A DNA stretch of 64,000 bases, taken from NCBI GenBank assembly GCA_004553545.1, contig SFLD01000019.1, positions 8,630 through 72,629 of the forward strand. Direction: 5' to 3'. Made by a program: the position numbers and the translations under genes. The notes below the pieces were generated by a model. It was not told the DNA's origin, searched no databases, and saw only the letters and a program-made list of their open reading frames with translations. Every line of letters begins with the position of its first letter. Within the stretch, counting starts at the first letter, position 1. Shown here piece after piece: positions 40,523 to 51,249 of this stretch. The DNA comes from Clostridiales bacterium (GTDB lineage: Bacteria > Bacillota > Clostridia > Oscillospirales > Oscillospiraceae).

Positions 40523-40792
40523 TTAGATCCGGTGCATGGCGTCGAAGATCTCCTGGCGCTGGACGCGGATGGCGATGCCCATCTCCTCCCCCAGGGCGGA
40601 GAGCCTGGCGGCCAGGTCCGTGAAGGAGCAGGGGAGCTTTTCGATGTCCACGGCCATGACCATGGTGAACTTGCCGTGGAGGATGGTCTGGGAGATATCC
40701 AGGATATTGACGTTGTTTTCCGCCAGCAGGCTGCAGACCGAGGCGATGATGCCCACCCGGTCGTTGCCCACCACGGTAACGATGGCGTGCAT
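40523..40792 (-). CDS. ACT-domain protein (UPF0237)
   Basis: IVTVVGNDRVGIIA, NILDISQT, QRQEIFDAMHRI. Confidence 0.93.
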   Translation of the reverse strand: MHAIVTVVGNDRVGIIASVCSLLAENNVNILDISQTILHGKFTMVMAVDIEKLPCSFTDLAARLSALGEEMGIAIRVQRQEIFDAMHRI

Positions 40793-40821
40793 AGAGGTCA
40801 CACTCCTTTGTGATGCGGCCC

Positions 40822-41331
40822 TCACCAGGCGATGGGGGCCATGGCCGCCGCGTCCCCCGGCTCCAGGAAGGGCGGGAGGGCGGGCGGAAGGAAGGAAAAG
40901 AGAACGTAGGCCACCCCCAGGGCCGCCAGCAGCACCGTCCAGACGGCGCTGCCCCGCCAGCGCTCGGCGAGCGCCAGGGTCAGGGCGGTGAGGACGATCC
41001 AGAGCAGCATGAGGACGGCGGTCTCCCGGGTCAGGGAGGAGGCCAGGGTGCCGGCCAGCGCCATCAGGAGGGACGCCAGAAAGACCGGCGCCGCCGCCCG
41101 GCGAAGGGTCTCCCGCAGGCCGCCGCTCTGCCGGGCCGTCAGGGCAAGGCAGAGAAGGGGCGGGAAGAAGGCCAGCTTGGAGAGCTCCCAGGCGGAGGCG
41201 TTTCGCGGCAGCAGGGCCCCGAAAACACCGCCGGAGAGGGCGTCGTGGAGCAGGAGCAGCACCGCCCCCAGCCCCAGTGTCAGGGGGAAGCGCAGGGCGA
41301 AGCGGGTAAAGGGTTCTTTCACGGTCATCAC
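40822..41331 (-). CDS. Hypothetical membrane protein
   Basis: Several TM segments; N.SAWE..KL.FFP motif. Confidence 0.65.
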   Translation of the reverse strand: MMTVKEPFTRFALRFPLTLGLGAVLLLLHDALSGGVFGALLPRNASAWELSKLAFFPPLLCLALTARQSGGLRETLRRAAAPVFLASLLMALAGTLASSLTRETAVLMLLWIVLTALTLALAERWRGSAVWTVLLAALGVAYVLFSFLPPALPPFLEPGDAAAMAPIAW

Positions 41332-41386
41332 CTCACGGCCAGTCTATGCCGGGAGGGGACGGGACAGAACCGGAGGGACGGCGGCC

Positions 41387-42598
41387 TTACAGCTCGTCGA
41401 AGAACTTATCGTGGATGGCCTTCACGGCCCGGTTCACGTCCCCCTCGTCCAGGAGGACGGAGACCCGGATCTCAGAGGTGTTGATCATCTGGATGTTGAT
41501 GCCGGCCTCGTAGAGGGCCTCGAACATCCGGGCGGCCACGGCGCTGTTGCTCATAAGGCCCGCCCCCACGATGGAGACCTTGCCCACGGAGTCGTCGATG
41601 GCCAGATGGTCAAAGCCAAGGGCGGACTTGTGCTCTTCCAGGATGGAGACGGTGTCCTCCAGGTCCTTGCGGTGGACGGTGAAGCTGATGTCCTTGGTCT
41701 CGTCCCGGCCGATGGACTGGAGGATGGTATCCACATTGATGCCGCCGCCGCTGAGGAGGCTGAAGACCTGGAAGGCGACGCCGGGGTTATGCTGCAGTCC
41801 CACAAGGGCGATGCGGGCGAGGCTGGTATCCTTGGCGATGCCCGCGATGTTGGTTTTCTCCACTTTCACGACCTCCTTGACTTTGGTGCCGGGTTTATGC
41901 TCCAGACTGGAGAGGACCTCCAGGTCCACATGGTACTTCTTGGCCAGCTCCACGCTGCGGTTGTGGAGGACCTGGGCCCCCTGGCTGGCAAGCTCCAGCA
42001 TCTCGTCATAGGTGATCTCGCTGAGCTTGCGGGCGGTGGGCACGATGCGGGGGTCCGTGGTGTAAACCCCGTCCACATCCGTGAAGATCTGGCAGAGGTC
42101 GGCGTGGAAGGCCGCCGCCAGGGCCACGGCGCTGGTATCGGAGCCGCCCCGGCCCAGGGTGGTGACATCGCCGCTGCGGTCCACCCCCTGGAAGCCCGTC
42201 ACAAGGACGATGCGGTGCTGGTCCAGCTCGGAGCGGAGGCGCTCCGGGTCGATGCGGCGGATGCGGGCGTCGGAGTGGACGGCGGTGGACTGGATGCCCA
42301 CCTGGAAGGCGTTGAGGGACACGCAGCGAAGGCCCCGCTTCTCCAGCGCCATGGCGCAGAGGGCCACGCTGATCTGCTCGCCGGTGGCGAGGAGCATGTC
42401 CATCTCCCGCTTGGAGGCCTTGGGGTTGATCTCCGCCGCCTTGGCGATGAGATCGTCGGTGGTATCCCCCTGGGCGGAGAGGACCACGATGACATCGTTC
42501 CCCGCCAGGTAGGTCTCAGCGATGCGCTCCGCCACGTTCTCGATGCGCTGGGCATCCTTCACGGAGCTGCCGCCGAATTTCTGTACGATGAGGCTCAT
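41387..42598 (-). CDS. lysC: Aspartate kinase
   Basis: VQKFGGSS, TTLGRGGSD, two ACT domains. Confidence 0.97.
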   Translation of the reverse strand: MSLIVQKFGGSSVKDAQRIENVAERIAETYLAGNDVIVVLSAQGDTTDDLIAKAAEINPKASKREMDMLLATGEQISVALCAMALEKRGLRCVSLNAFQVGIQSTAVHSDARIRRIDPERLRSELDQHRIVLVTGFQGVDRSGDVTTLGRGGSDTSAVALAAAFHADLCQIFTDVDGVYTTDPRIVPTARKLSEITYDEMLELASQGAQVLHNRSVELAKKYHVDLEVLSSLEHKPGTKVKEVVKVEKTNIAGIAKDTSLARIALVGLQHNPGVAFQVFSLLSGGGINVDTILQSIGRDETKDISFTVHRKDLEDTVSILEEHKSALGFDHLAIDDSVGKVSIVGAGLMSNSAVAARMFEALYEAGINIQMINTSEIRVSVLLDEGDVNRAVKAIHDKFFDEL

Positions 42599-42631
42599 TG
42601 GGTGTTACCTTCTTTCTCTCAAAGGGAGGCG

Positions 42632-43810
42632 TCAGTCCAGGACCCGGTACCGGGCCAGGATGGGCAGGGACCGGCAGCGCTCCTCCAGGGCGAAGCCCGT
42701 GAGGGGTCCGGTGAGGAAGGCGCCCTCCGTCAGCGCCTCCGCCTGGGGGAAGGCGGCCCGCACCGCCGGAGCATCGGCGTCGGTCCGGAGATACCAGCGG
42801 CTCACGACCTCGCCGGCATCCCGGAGGCCCTCCGGCGCTTCCCAGCAGAAGCGGAAGGGGGCGGGACCCGCCAGGACGTTCATCACGTCGGAGACGCAGG
42901 CGGAGGCGGTGGGATACGCCCCGGCGCCGGGGCCATAGAACATGGTCTCCCCCACAGCGCTGCCCCGGATCACGGCGGCGTTGAAAACACCGCTGACGTG
43001 GGCCATGGGCTTCCCCTCGGGGATCAAATGGGGGGCGACGTAGGCGGCGTAGCCGCCCTCCGGGAGCCGCAGGGTCCGGCCCAGGAGCTTCACCCGGAAG
43101 CCCGCCTGCCGGGCGATGGCCACGTCCCGGAGGTCCAGGGCGGTGATGCCCTCCATGGGGACCTTCTCCGGGGGCGTTTCATGGCCGAAGGCCAGGTCCG
43201 CCAGAATGCAGGTCTTGCGTCCGGCGTCGATGCCGGCCACGTCCGCCGTGGGGTCCGCCTCGGCGTAGCCCTTTTCCTGGGCGGCCTTCAGGGCGGTTTC
43301 GAAGGACTCGCCCCTCTCCGTCATCTGGGTGAGGATATAGTTGGTCGTGCCGTTGAGGATGCCGTAGACCTCCTGGATCTCGTTGGCCCCCAGGCAGTTC
43401 ACCAGGGGGTGCAGCAGGGGGATGCCGCCGCCCACGCTGGCCTCAAAGAGGTACTGCACATTGTGCGCCTCCGCCAGCTCCAGAAGCTCCCGGCCGTGCT
43501 CCGCCACCAGCTGCTTGTTGGCGGTGACCACGTGCTTGCCGGATATGAGGCAGCGGCGAGTGTAGTCATAGGCCGCGTCCACGCCGCCGATGACCTCCAC
43601 GGCCACGGCGATCTCCGGGTCCTCCGTGATGTCCTCTAAGCGGTCCGTCATCCGGTCCCGCCAGGGGCTCTCCCGGAAATGCCGGACCAGGATACGCTTC
43701 AGGGAGATCTCCTCCCCCAGCCGGGCGGCGATGGCCGCCCGGTCCTCCTCCAGCACCCGGGCGACGCCGCCGCCCACTGTGCCGAAGCCCAATACCGCGA
43801 TCTTTGCCAT
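42632..43810 (-). CDS. hom: Homoserine dehydrogenase
   Basis: GFGTVG, VVTANK, EASVGGGIP, GILNGTTN, GYAEADP. Confidence 0.96.
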   Translation of the reverse strand: MAKIAVLGFGTVGGGVARVLEEDRAAIAARLGEEISLKRILVRHFRESPWRDRMTDRLEDITEDPEIAVAVEVIGGVDAAYDYTRRCLISGKHVVTANKQLVAEHGRELLELAEAHNVQYLFEASVGGGIPLLHPLVNCLGANEIQEVYGILNGTTNYILTQMTERGESFETALKAAQEKGYAEADPTADVAGIDAGRKTCILADLAFGHETPPEKVPMEGITALDLRDVAIARQAGFRVKLLGRTLRLPEGGYAAYVAPHLIPEGKPMAHVSGVFNAAVIRGSAVGETMFYGPGAGAYPTASACVSDVMNVLAGPAPFRFCWEAPEGLRDAGEVVSRWYLRTDADAPAVRAAFPQAEALTEGAFLTGPLTGFALEERCRSLPILARYRVLD

Positions 43811-43820
43811 ACCCGCGCCC

Positions 43821-44261
43821 TCAGCCCGCCATGATCTCAAAGCGGATGACGCCCTCCACGGCGGAGGCCGCCGCGATGAGGGACTCCAGCGTCTGCTCCA
43901 TGCCGGAGGTCTCCGCCGAGATGGTGACGGCGGCGCAGCCGTTGGTGGGGATGCTCTGGTTGATGGTGAGGATGTTGGCCCCGGAGGAGGCGAAGATCCC
44001 CAGCACGTGGGAGAGGACGCCGGTGTTGTCCTTCAGCATCCCGTAGAAGGTGATGATGTGCTCGGCCTTCATGTCGTTGAAGGGCTGCACGGAATCCTTG
44101 TACTTGTAGAACGCGCTGCGGCTGATGCCGGCCTTCTTGGTGGCGTCGCCCACGGTGTCTGCCTCGCCGGTCTGCATCATCCGCTTGGCCTCCGCCACCT
44201 TGATGAAGACCTCCGGCAGGGCATTGGCTGCCACGATGTAATACTTGACCTCTTTGCTCAT
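43821..44261 (-). CDS. thrR: ACT-domain regulator ThrR/PheB
   Basis: LPEVF.KV, GISRSAFYKYKD, NILTINQSIP; precedes hom. Confidence 0.88.
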   Translation of the reverse strand: MSKEVKYYIVAANALPEVFIKVAEAKRMMQTGEADTVGDATKKAGISRSAFYKYKDSVQPFNDMKAEHIITFYGMLKDNTGVLSHVLGIFASSGANILTINQSIPTNGCAAVTISAETSGMEQTLESLIAAASAVEGVIRFEIMAG

Positions 44262-44441
44262 TTCGTCCGCCTCCTGTGGTCATTTGTCTTTCGGTAATCA
44301 TCTTACCACAGGTGCCGCCGGGATTGCAATGCCAATTTCAGCAAAATTCTCCGCCCGGGATGGGAAAGTTTCCGGCGTTTTGTCTGTCTCAGGCGGACGG
44401 AACGCGCGCATCCCGCGGACAAACCGGCGGCGAGCGCGGAA

Positions 44442-44471
44442 AAAGCGCCCTGCCGGAATGGCAGGGCGCTT
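44442..44471 (-). terminator. Intrinsic terminator after PBP1A gene
   Basis: aagcgccctgcc/ggcagggcgctt hairpin with A-run on the plus strand. Confidence 0.75.
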
Positions 44472-44484
44472 GCGCGGGATCTTC

Positions 44485-46952
44485 TCAGTCGCCGCCCCAG
44501 AGGTTTCCGAACCAGTCACCGTCCCCGGTGTCGCCGCCCTCCTCCGGAGGCGCGGGATCGTCCGGGTCCGCGGGATCGGGCTCCTCGGGCTGCTGGGGGT
44601 GCTGGTGGACGGGGCAACCCTCCTCGGGCTCGTTGTTCTTGAGGAGATAGGCGCTGTCGCCCACAGGGATGTCAAAGGGCGTGCCGTCGGCCTGGAGGAA
44701 GACCTCCCGGTCGTAGTCCAGCAGGACCCGGCTCTCGATGCTGCTCTCGGGGCAGTTCTCCCCGGCCACGCACTGGCCCTCGGTGCAGTAGTTGACGAAG
44801 ACGTGGCGGGTGCAGCTCTCCGTGGGCTCCGTACCGGGGATCACCTCCACGGTCTGGACCCGGCCCCGGGCGTCCGCCCGGCAGGCGTCGGTGGCCAGGA
44901 GGCCGCTGTCCATGCAGACGGTGACGGAGGTAAGGCCGCTGGCCTTGGGGAAGGACTTATATTCCAGCCCCTCGTGGACCTGGCTCATGACCTTGCGCCA
45001 GAGGGTCAGGGCGGGGTTGCCGGAGTAGGAGATGCGCTCGTTGTTCTTGTAGCCGGTCCAGACCGGTCGCTGGTGGTACCGGTCTTGCCGGCGATGGCCA
45101 TGTTGCCGAAGTTGGCGGAGGCGCCGGTGCCGCTGCGCACCGCGCCCTGGAGGAGCTGGTTCATGAAGTAGGCGGTGCTCTCCTTCATGGCCACATGGGT
45201 CTCGGTCTCGTTTTCCAGGATGACGTTGCCGTCGGCGTCCGTGACGCGGGTATAGAGCCGGGGGGAGTTATAGATGCCGCCGTTGGCGAAGGAGGCAAAG
45301 GCCGCCGCCATCTCCTCGGTGGTGACGCCACGGCTGAGGCCGCCCAGGGCCAGGGCGCCGGTGGCGCTGCGGTCCTCCTCCGTCAGGGTGGTGATGCCCA
45401 TGTTCTCCGTCATGAACTGGTAGGACTTGTCCAGCCCCAGCTTCAGGATGGTCCGGACGGCCACGGTGTTCAGGGACTGGGCCACGCCGTACTGCAGGGA
45501 GACCATGCCCGAGTACCCCGGGGGGGAGTTCTTGGGCCAGGGGGTGCCGTTGAGCAGCTGGACGGGGTAGTTATCAAAGCTGTCCGCCATGGTGATGGCC
45601 CCGTTCTCCAGGGCCGCGGCGTAGGTGGAGACGGGCTTGATGGAGGAGCCGCACTGGTGGACATCCGTGGCGTAGTTCCACACCATGTCACCCTCCTTCT
45701 CGCCCATGTCGCCCACCATGGCCACCACGTTGCCGTTGGTGACATCCACGATGGTGATGCCGGAGCGGATCAGCTGGCCGCTGGCGGAGGTCAGGTTCTT
45801 GAGGTTGCTCCGGTCGGCGTAAACGGACTCGGCGATGGCCTGGATGTCCGGGTCGATGGTGGTATAGATGCGGTAGCCGCCGGAGAGGAGCTTGGTCTCA
45901 GTGGCCTTTTTATCCAGACCCCAGAGCTCCATGAGGTCAGAGGTCACATCCCGGCGGACCTGGTCCACGAAGTAGGACTGGTACTGCTGGTCCTTATCGT
46001 CTTGCTGCAAGGTCTCATCGGCGTTGCCTTCCCGCTCGATGAAGTGGAGCTCCTCGTTGACGGCGGCCTCGTACTCCGCCTCCGTCTGGATGTAGCCCTG
46101 CTCATACATCAGCTTCAGGATGGTCTCCTGACGCTGCTTGTTGAGCTCCCGGGGGGTAACGGTGGTGCCGTCGTCCCGGGTGTAGGTGATCTTGTACATG
46201 GGGCCGTAGAGGGAGGGGTTGTTGGTGATGGCGATGATGCTGGCGCACTCCGCCGTGCTGAGCTCCCAGACGTCCTTATCGAAGTAGTACTTGGCCGCGG
46301 CCTCCACGCCGTAGCAGCCCTTTCCGAGGTAGATATAGTTGAGGTAGAGCTCCAGAATCTGTGGCTTGGTGTACTTCTTCTCAAACTCCAAGGCCCGGAA
46401 GATCTCCCGGACCTTGCGGTTGACGTAGGGCTTGTTGTCCTGGGTCATGTTCTTCAGGGTCTGCTGGGTGATGGTGGAGCCGCCGTAGGTGTTGCGCTGT
46501 TTGAAAAACATGTTGATGGTGGCACCGATGGTGCGCTGCCAGTCCACGCCGTGGTGTTCAAAGAAGCGCTTGTCCTCCACGGCCACGGCGGCCTGCCACA
46601 TGGCGTCCGGGAGCTGGTCATAGTCCACCAGGATGCGGTTCTCCTTCGCCTTCAGGGTCTCCAGCTCCACATCCTCCCCGGTCTCCTTGTCCGTGTAGTA
46701 GACGATGGTGGACTGGGACATGTTGTAGTCGTCGATGTCCACATCCAGGGTGGGGGCCAGGGTGGTCTTCACATAGGTCAGGAAGATCCCGGCGAACATG
46801 GCGCAGGTGACGACGCCGATGAGGAGGATGGTCCCGATGACGAACCCAGCGCCTCCCTTCCGGCGCTTGTGCCGCTTCCGCTGCTGGGGCGGACGGGCCT
46901 CCTCCCGGTGGGGGTGGGCCTCGCCGCGTCTTTCGTGCCGTTCGTGCTCCAA
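44485..46952 (-). pseudogene. Class A penicillin-binding protein (PBP1A), internal deletion with frameshift near 45065
   Basis: EDKRF, GGSTITQQ, RKVRE, SSIK, SLN, KTGT; after KTGTTSD the frame shifts to VWTGYKNN...; TTG start behind AAGGAGG. Confidence 0.85.
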
Positions 46953-47281
46953 AGCTTGGCACCTCCTTGCATAGTCTCTCCGCGCGGATCGCGCGGGTGG
47001 TCTCTTTCCCTCAGTGCCGCCCTCCGCCGACAAGGCGGGGCGGCGGATGGATGGTCATGCTGCTCCATCATGACAATCATTGTACCATGGCCTGTCAACC
47101 CTGAAAAGCCGGATTTTTCCGCCGGAAAGTGCGCGATTCCCCACATTTTCGTCGGAATCCTCCGCTTTCTCCCGGAAGTCCTTCCGGATTTCCCGCATTT
47201 TGCCCCGGCGGGAGACTTGCTTTTCCGGTGGAAAGCGGTTAAAATGCCCCTGAGAAACTGATCGAAGGAGGATCACCCCCC

Positions 47282-47614
47282 ATGCGTGACGAGTTTGACA
47301 GCAAGCCCCTGGGCCAGGAGGAAGACGACGAGGAGGAGGGCGACGGCCTCATCATCCTGAAGGTCATCCACGATGAAAGCGGCGAGGAGCTGCTCTCCAC
47401 CTGCGACAGCGAGGAGGAACTGGAGGCCGCCTATGCCGCCTTCATGGAGGACCTGCTGGAGGACGAGGAGGAGAAGGACGACGAGGAGCCCATCTTCATC
47501 AGCGTCACCGCCGAGGACGGCGAGGAGCTGACGTTGGAGTTCGTCTCCGTCTTCGAGGTGGACGGCCAGGAGTACCGGGCCTTCTTCCCGGCGGAGGAGG
47601 AAGAGGAGGAGTGA
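47282..47614 (+). CDS. DUF1292-family acidic protein with halves in permuted order
   Basis: Contains IILKV...L.T.D.EEELEA and ISVT.EDGEE..LEF...EVDGQEY.AF.P, in reverse of the usual order. Confidence 0.8.
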   Translation: MRDEFDSKPLGQEEDDEEEGDGLIILKVIHDESGEELLSTCDSEEELEAAYAAFMEDLLEDEEEKDDEEPIFISVTAEDGEELTLEFVSVFEVDGQEYRAFFPAEEEEEE

Positions 47615-47710
47615 TCGTCCTCTTTCCGATTGCATTCTTCCCAAAACTGTGGTAGATTGAAACTGCGGGGCGGCAGAGCCGCTCCGCGGACCTCCCCCTC
47701 GGGGGAGCGC

Positions 47711-47902
47711 CCTGCCCGGTGCGTGATGGTCTTTTTTTAACCCACATTTCGTTATACGGGACGCTGGACTCGCTTCGCGGTTCGCAGGCCTCCCGGCTGC
47801 CTTCTGCGGCTGGAAGTTGGAAGCGGTGAAGCCAAGCGGAGGCGACCCACCTGGCCGTTTTGGTGCAGGTTATAACGAGGCCACACGGCCGGCGCGGGGC
47901 AG
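47711..47902 (+). ncRNA. ssrS: Probable 6S RNA
   Basis: About 190-nt rod: 5' ctgcccggtgcgtg.tggtc pairs with 3' ggccacacggccgg..gggcag; aacc/ggtt; gaggcgacccacct; promoter TTGCAT/TAGATT upstream and terminator at 47910-47940. Confidence 0.7.
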
Positions 47903-48108
47903 CGAAGAACGGGAGCAGGACCCTCTGCTCCCGCTTTTTTCCGCTCTTTTGCGGATTTTCCGAATTTTTTCCCGGCAGACCCCGCCCCGAAACGGAATTT
48001 GCTCTTGCGAAATGGAAGAGAATCCGGTATACTATATGGGTATCTCTGCGGCCATTTCCCGCGTCGGGAGCTGGCCATCCCCTGAAAACTTGAGAGGACT
48101 GAAAACAA

Positions 48109-49701
48109 ATGAGCGCATCGAGAGAAAAGAAAGTTCGCCAGGAGCAGGAAAGCACTGGCTACACCGATCCCAAGACCGCCAAGGAAGCCAAGGAGCGCAA
48201 GGAGGAAAAGCGCAGCAACACCATCTACCTGCTGGTGGCCATCGCTTTCGTGGTGGTGGGCATCATCTCCCTGGTCTGGAAGTCCGGCATCACCGAGCGG
48301 AACGTCACCGCCGTCACCATCGACGGGGAGAACTACACCGCCGCCGAGACCCAGTACTACTACATCAACAACTACCAGAGCTTCGTCAGCAACTACTACT
48401 ATTACCTCTCCTACTTCGGCCTGGACACCAGCAAGAGCCTCAAGGAGCAGGAGTGCGCCATGACCGACGACGGCAGCACCTGGTATGACTACTTCCTCGA
48501 TCAGGCCACCCAGCAGATGGCCGCCATCCAGTCCCTGGGCAAGGCCGCCAAGGAAGCCGGCATGAGCTGGGACGAGTCCATGCAGGCGGACTATGACGCC
48601 GCCATGGAGTCCCTGCAGTCCAGCACCGACAGCTACAACAGCTCCAAGGGCACGAGCCTCAGCACCAAGGGCTACCTGCAGCTCATCTACGGCAAGCTCG
48701 TGAACATGTCCACCTATCAGAAGCTGGTGAAGAACGCCATCCTGGCCCAGCACTATGTGAACGACTATCAGGACAGCCTCACCTACACCGCCGACCAGCT
48801 GGACAGCGAGTACGCCGCCAACCCCAACAACTATGACTACGTCAACTACGAGATGATCTCCATCTCCGGCAAGGCCGCCTCCACCACGGATGCCGACGGC
48901 AACACCGTCGATCCCACCGAGGAGGAGACCGCCGCCGCCCTGGAGGAGGCCAAGACCCTGGCCGACAGCCTCTATGCCCAGTATCAGGAGGGCAGCCTGC
49001 TGGCCAAGCTGGCCGAGAGCGACGACAAGGCCAGCTACTCCAGCAACGACAAGGCCAGCTACTCCGACAGCGTTCTCATGAACTGGCTCTTTGACAGCGC
49101 CCGTCAGCCCGGCGACTCCGACGTCCTCTTCAACGAGAGCGCCAGCACCTACTACGTGGTCCGCTTCAACGAGCGCTACCGGGACGAGGTCAAGACCGTG
49201 GATGTCCGCCACATCCTGATCCAGGTGGACGAGGACGGTCTGGACAGCGAGGCCGACGACTATGACACCCAGCTCCAGGCCCGCAAGGACGAGGCCAAGG
49301 CCAAGGCCGACGAGATCCTGGCCCAGTGGAAGAGCGGCGATGCCACCGAGGACAGCTTCGCAGCCCTGGCCAACGAGTACTCCGAGGATCCCGGCTCCAA
49401 CACCACGGGCGGCCTCTACACCCAGGTCACCAAGGGCTCCATGGTCACCGCCTTCGACGAGTGGATTTTCGATGACAGCCGCAAGTCCGGCGACGCCGAC
49501 ATCGTCTACGCCGAGCGCACCAGCTCCGGCAGCGACTACAAGGGCTATCACATCATCTACTTCGTGGGCGACGACCTCCCCGCCTGGCAGGTCACCGTCA
49601 CCAACGCTCTGAAGAACGCCGACTACAACGACTGGTACTCTCAGCAGACCGGCGACGAGGAGATCACCCTGGTGGACAAGGGTGTCGCCAAGGTCGGTTA
49701 A
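48109..49701 (+). CDS. PrsA-like parvulin peptidyl-prolyl isomerase, membrane anchored
   Basis: VRHILI, FAALANEYSEDPGS..GGL, MV.AF, GYHII. Confidence 0.9.
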   Translation: MSASREKKVRQEQESTGYTDPKTAKEAKERKEEKRSNTIYLLVAIAFVVVGIISLVWKSGITERNVTAVTIDGENYTAAETQYYYINNYQSFVSNYYYYLSYFGLDTSKSLKEQECAMTDDGSTWYDYFLDQATQQMAAIQSLGKAAKEAGMSWDESMQADYDAAMESLQSSTDSYNSSKGTSLSTKGYLQLIYGKLVNMSTYQKLVKNAILAQHYVNDYQDSLTYTADQLDSEYAANPNNYDYVNYEMISISGKAASTTDADGNTVDPTEEETAAALEEAKTLADSLYAQYQEGSLLAKLAESDDKASYSSNDKASYSDSVLMNWLFDSARQPGDSDVLFNESASTYYVVRFNERYRDEVKTVDVRHILIQVDEDGLDSEADDYDTQLQARKDEAKAKADEILAQWKSGDATEDSFAALANEYSEDPGSNTTGGLYTQVTKGSMVTAFDEWIFDDSRKSGDADIVYAERTSSGSDYKGYHIIYFVGDDLPAWQVTVTNALKNADYNDWYSQQTGDEEITLVDKGVAKVG

Positions 49702-49780
49702 GATCACTCACTCCGAAGGGACCGGCGACGCCGGTCCCTTCCGCTTTTCCCGTCCACCGGCGGGACAGGAGGACGAACGC

Positions 49781-50524
49781 ATGAATGAACTCTTCCTTCG
49801 CAATGAAATGCTCTGGGGCCGGGAGGCCCAGGAGCGCCTGGCCCGGGCTCACGTGATCCTCTTCGGTCTCGGCGGCGTGGGCAGCTACACCGCCGAGTGT
49901 CTGGCCCGCAGCGGCATCGGCGAGCTCACCATCGTGGATAACGACGTGGTCTCCCCCAGCAACCGCAACCGCCAGCTGGAGGCCCTGGCCTCCACCGTGG
50001 GGCAGGAGAAGACCGCCGCCGTGGCCGCTCGGCTCCGGGACATCCATCCCGGCCTGCGGCTCCACCCCATCTGCGCCACCTATGACGCAGCCCACCGGGA
50101 CCGCTTCTTCCCGGAGGGCTGCCGCTATGACTACATCGCGGACGCCATCGATCTCGTCTCCTGCAAGCTGGACCTGGCGGAGACCGCCCGGCAGCTGGGC
50201 ATCCCCCTCATCATGACCCTGGGCACCGGCAACAAGCTGGACCCCAGCCTGCTGCGCCTTGCGGACATCTCCGAGACCTATGGCTGTCCCCTGGCCCGGG
50301 TGATGCGCAAGGAGCTCCGCGCCCGGGGCATCCGGCACCTGAAGGTGGTCTTCTCCCCGGAGGAGGCCACAAAGCCCGCGTCTCTGGAAGCCCCGCCGCC
50401 GGGCCGCCGCAGCGTCCCCGGCAGCACCCCCTGGGTGCCTGCCACGGCGGGACTGCTGCTGGGCAGTGCCATCGTCCGGGATCTCATCGCGGGAACAGCG
50501 GGAAAGGGGGAGACCCAATGCTGA
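49781..50524 (+). CDS. tcdA: tRNA threonylcarbamoyladenosine dehydratase (ThiF family)
   Basis: GLGGVGS, N.NRQ, DAID, G.GNKLDP, CPLARVMRKEL. Confidence 0.9.
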   Translation: MNELFLRNEMLWGREAQERLARAHVILFGLGGVGSYTAECLARSGIGELTIVDNDVVSPSNRNRQLEALASTVGQEKTAAVAARLRDIHPGLRLHPICATYDAAHRDRFFPEGCRYDYIADAIDLVSCKLDLAETARQLGIPLIMTLGTGNKLDPSLLRLADISETYGCPLARVMRKELRARGIRHLKVVFSPEEATKPASLEAPPPGRRSVPGSTPWVPATAGLLLGSAIVRDLIAGTAGKGETQC

Positions 50525-51249
50525 CAGGGACCATCATCAACGCCCTGGCCATCCTGGCGGGCTCCGCCGTGGGCCTGGGGGTCCACGCCCTGGCGGGGCG
50601 CTTCTCCGCCGTGCTGGGGGCCAGGGGCACCCGCCTGGGGAAGCGGCTGCAGACCATCATGATGCAGGGCATCTCCCTCTGCGTGCTCTATGTGGGCATC
50701 AGCGGCAGTCTCAAGGGGCAGAATACCCTGGTGGCCATCCTCTCCATGGTGATCGGCGCCGTCCTGGGGGAGCTGCTGGACCTGGACGCCCGGATGGGCA
50801 GGCTGGGCCAGTGGGTGCAGGACAAGCTCTCCCACATTCTGAAAAGCGGCGGCAGCTCCGTGGCGGACGGCTTCGTGACGGCCTCCCTGGTCTTCTGCGT
50901 GGGGGCCATGTCCATCGTGGGCGCGCTGGAAAACGGCCTCACCGGGCAGTTTGACACCCTGAAGGCCAAGGCCGTGCTGGACGGCGTCAGCGCCGTGGTC
51001 TTCGCCTCCTCCCTGGGGCTGGGCGTGGTCCTCTCGGCCGGGGCGGTCTTCCTCTATCAGGGCATCATCGCCCTGGCGGCCTCCGCCCTCTCGCCCCTGC
51101 TGGGGGACGCCGTCATCGCGGAGATGACCTGCGTGGGGTCCCTCCTCATCGTGGCCCTGAGCTTCAACAACCTGGGCATGACCAAGATCAAGATCATGAA
51201 CCTGCTGCCCGCCATCTTCCTGCCCATCCTCCTCTGCCGCATCCTATGA
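50518..51249 (+). CDS. DUF554 membrane protein
   Basis: GTIINA, FCVGAMSIVG, KAVLDG, N.LPA. Confidence 0.92.
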   Translation: MLTGTIINALAILAGSAVGLGVHALAGRFSAVLGARGTRLGKRLQTIMMQGISLCVLYVGISGSLKGQNTLVAILSMVIGAVLGELLDLDARMGRLGQWVQDKLSHILKSGGSSVADGFVTASLVFCVGAMSIVGALENGLTGQFDTLKAKAVLDGVSAVVFASSLGLGVVLSAGAVFLYQGIIALAASALSPLLGDAVIAEMTCVGSLLIVALSFNNLGMTKIKIMNLLPAIFLPILLCRIL

